From positions 114,002 through 178,001 of the forward strand of contig JBMORT010000002.1 of NCBI GenBank assembly GCA_049319825.1: DNA of 64,000 bases, written 5' to 3'. The notes under the pieces are model-generated. The model made no database searches. It worked only from the letters and a program-made list of their open reading frames with translations, and was not told the origin of the DNA. The translations under genes and the position numbers were made by a program. This document shows, in pieces, positions 63,837 to 64,000 of this stretch. Each line of letters opens with the position of its first letter. The first letter of the stretch is position 1. Source of the stretch: Patescibacteria group bacterium. GTDB taxonomy: Bacteria; Patescibacteriota; Patescibacteriia; UBA11705; DATKZF01.

Positions 63837-63974
63837 ATGGCATCGCCTTTTTGGCATCAGCTTGGCTGGATCGTGATCACCCTCGGTGTGATGATGGCCG
63901 TCGTGGGCATTAATTTCTTAAAAAGAAAATTTGGAAAAAAAATGTTTGGTCAGAAAAACCGCAGAACTTCATAG
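63837..63974 (+). CDS. small hypothetical membrane protein (45 aa)
   Basis: AAGGGAGG SD 6 nt upstream. One TM segment (WIVITLGVMMAVVGI). Hairpin CAGAACT…AGTTCTG plus T-run terminator follows. Confidence 0.4.
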   Translation: MASPFWHQLGWIVITLGVMMAVVGINFLKRKFGKKMFGQKNRRTS

Positions 63975-64000
63975 AGTTCTGTTTTTATTTTTCGAAAGGC

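Overview
This window is a gene-dense chromosomal stretch from a low-GC bacterium. The streamlined set of small housekeeping genes suggests a Patescibacteria/CPR-like organism, but that is inference only.

Most of the window is core machinery:
- recA, tsaD and tsaE, ychF
- groES-groEL
- yidC, nusA
- the rpsF-ssb-rpsR operon followed by efp
- msrB, tRNA-Glu(UUC), rpmF
- a membrane H+/Na+ pyrophosphatase, RNase Y, rpsA, gyrA, nrnA, rbfA
- rpoB-rpoC-ftsH
- infB, trxA, trxB, gdh, rnhB

I found no CRISPR array, no transposase or integrase, and no rRNA.

The parts that housekeeping does not explain are:
1. A csoR / HMA-UreH-like-cupredoxin membrane protein / copA copper operon, with a perfect 11-bp-arm palindrome over the csoR promoter.
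2. A roughly 490-bp insertion between tsaD and tsaE that carries a frameshifted GxxExxY-family gene flanked by inverted CCGAAT-type repeat arrays.
3. An almost perfect 189-bp tandem duplication immediately upstream of groES.
4. tRNA-Glu preceded by three and a fraction tandem 84-bp units, each carrying the first 12 nt of the tRNA plus a D-loop-like fragment.
5. A dispersed family of AT-rich intergenic elements, about 100-160 bp each, built from AAATTC(T/C)AAAC and its complement, with at least six copies in the window. Two smaller word families also recur (ATTACAAATAATTACGAAT, and GTGMTAY/CATGGA).
6. Two visibly GC-rich islands driven by host-type AT-rich promoters: a MopE-like Cys-rich secreted protein plus an unknown protein at 37.3-38.5 kb, and an HrpB-like DEAH helicase at 55.4-57.8 kb.
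7. Two GC-rich, heavily hairpinned non-coding stretches, 9.17-9.72 kb and 29.73-30.08 kb, which are candidate ncRNAs I could not assign to a family.

All calls rest on motif recognition by eye. No searches or computations were run.
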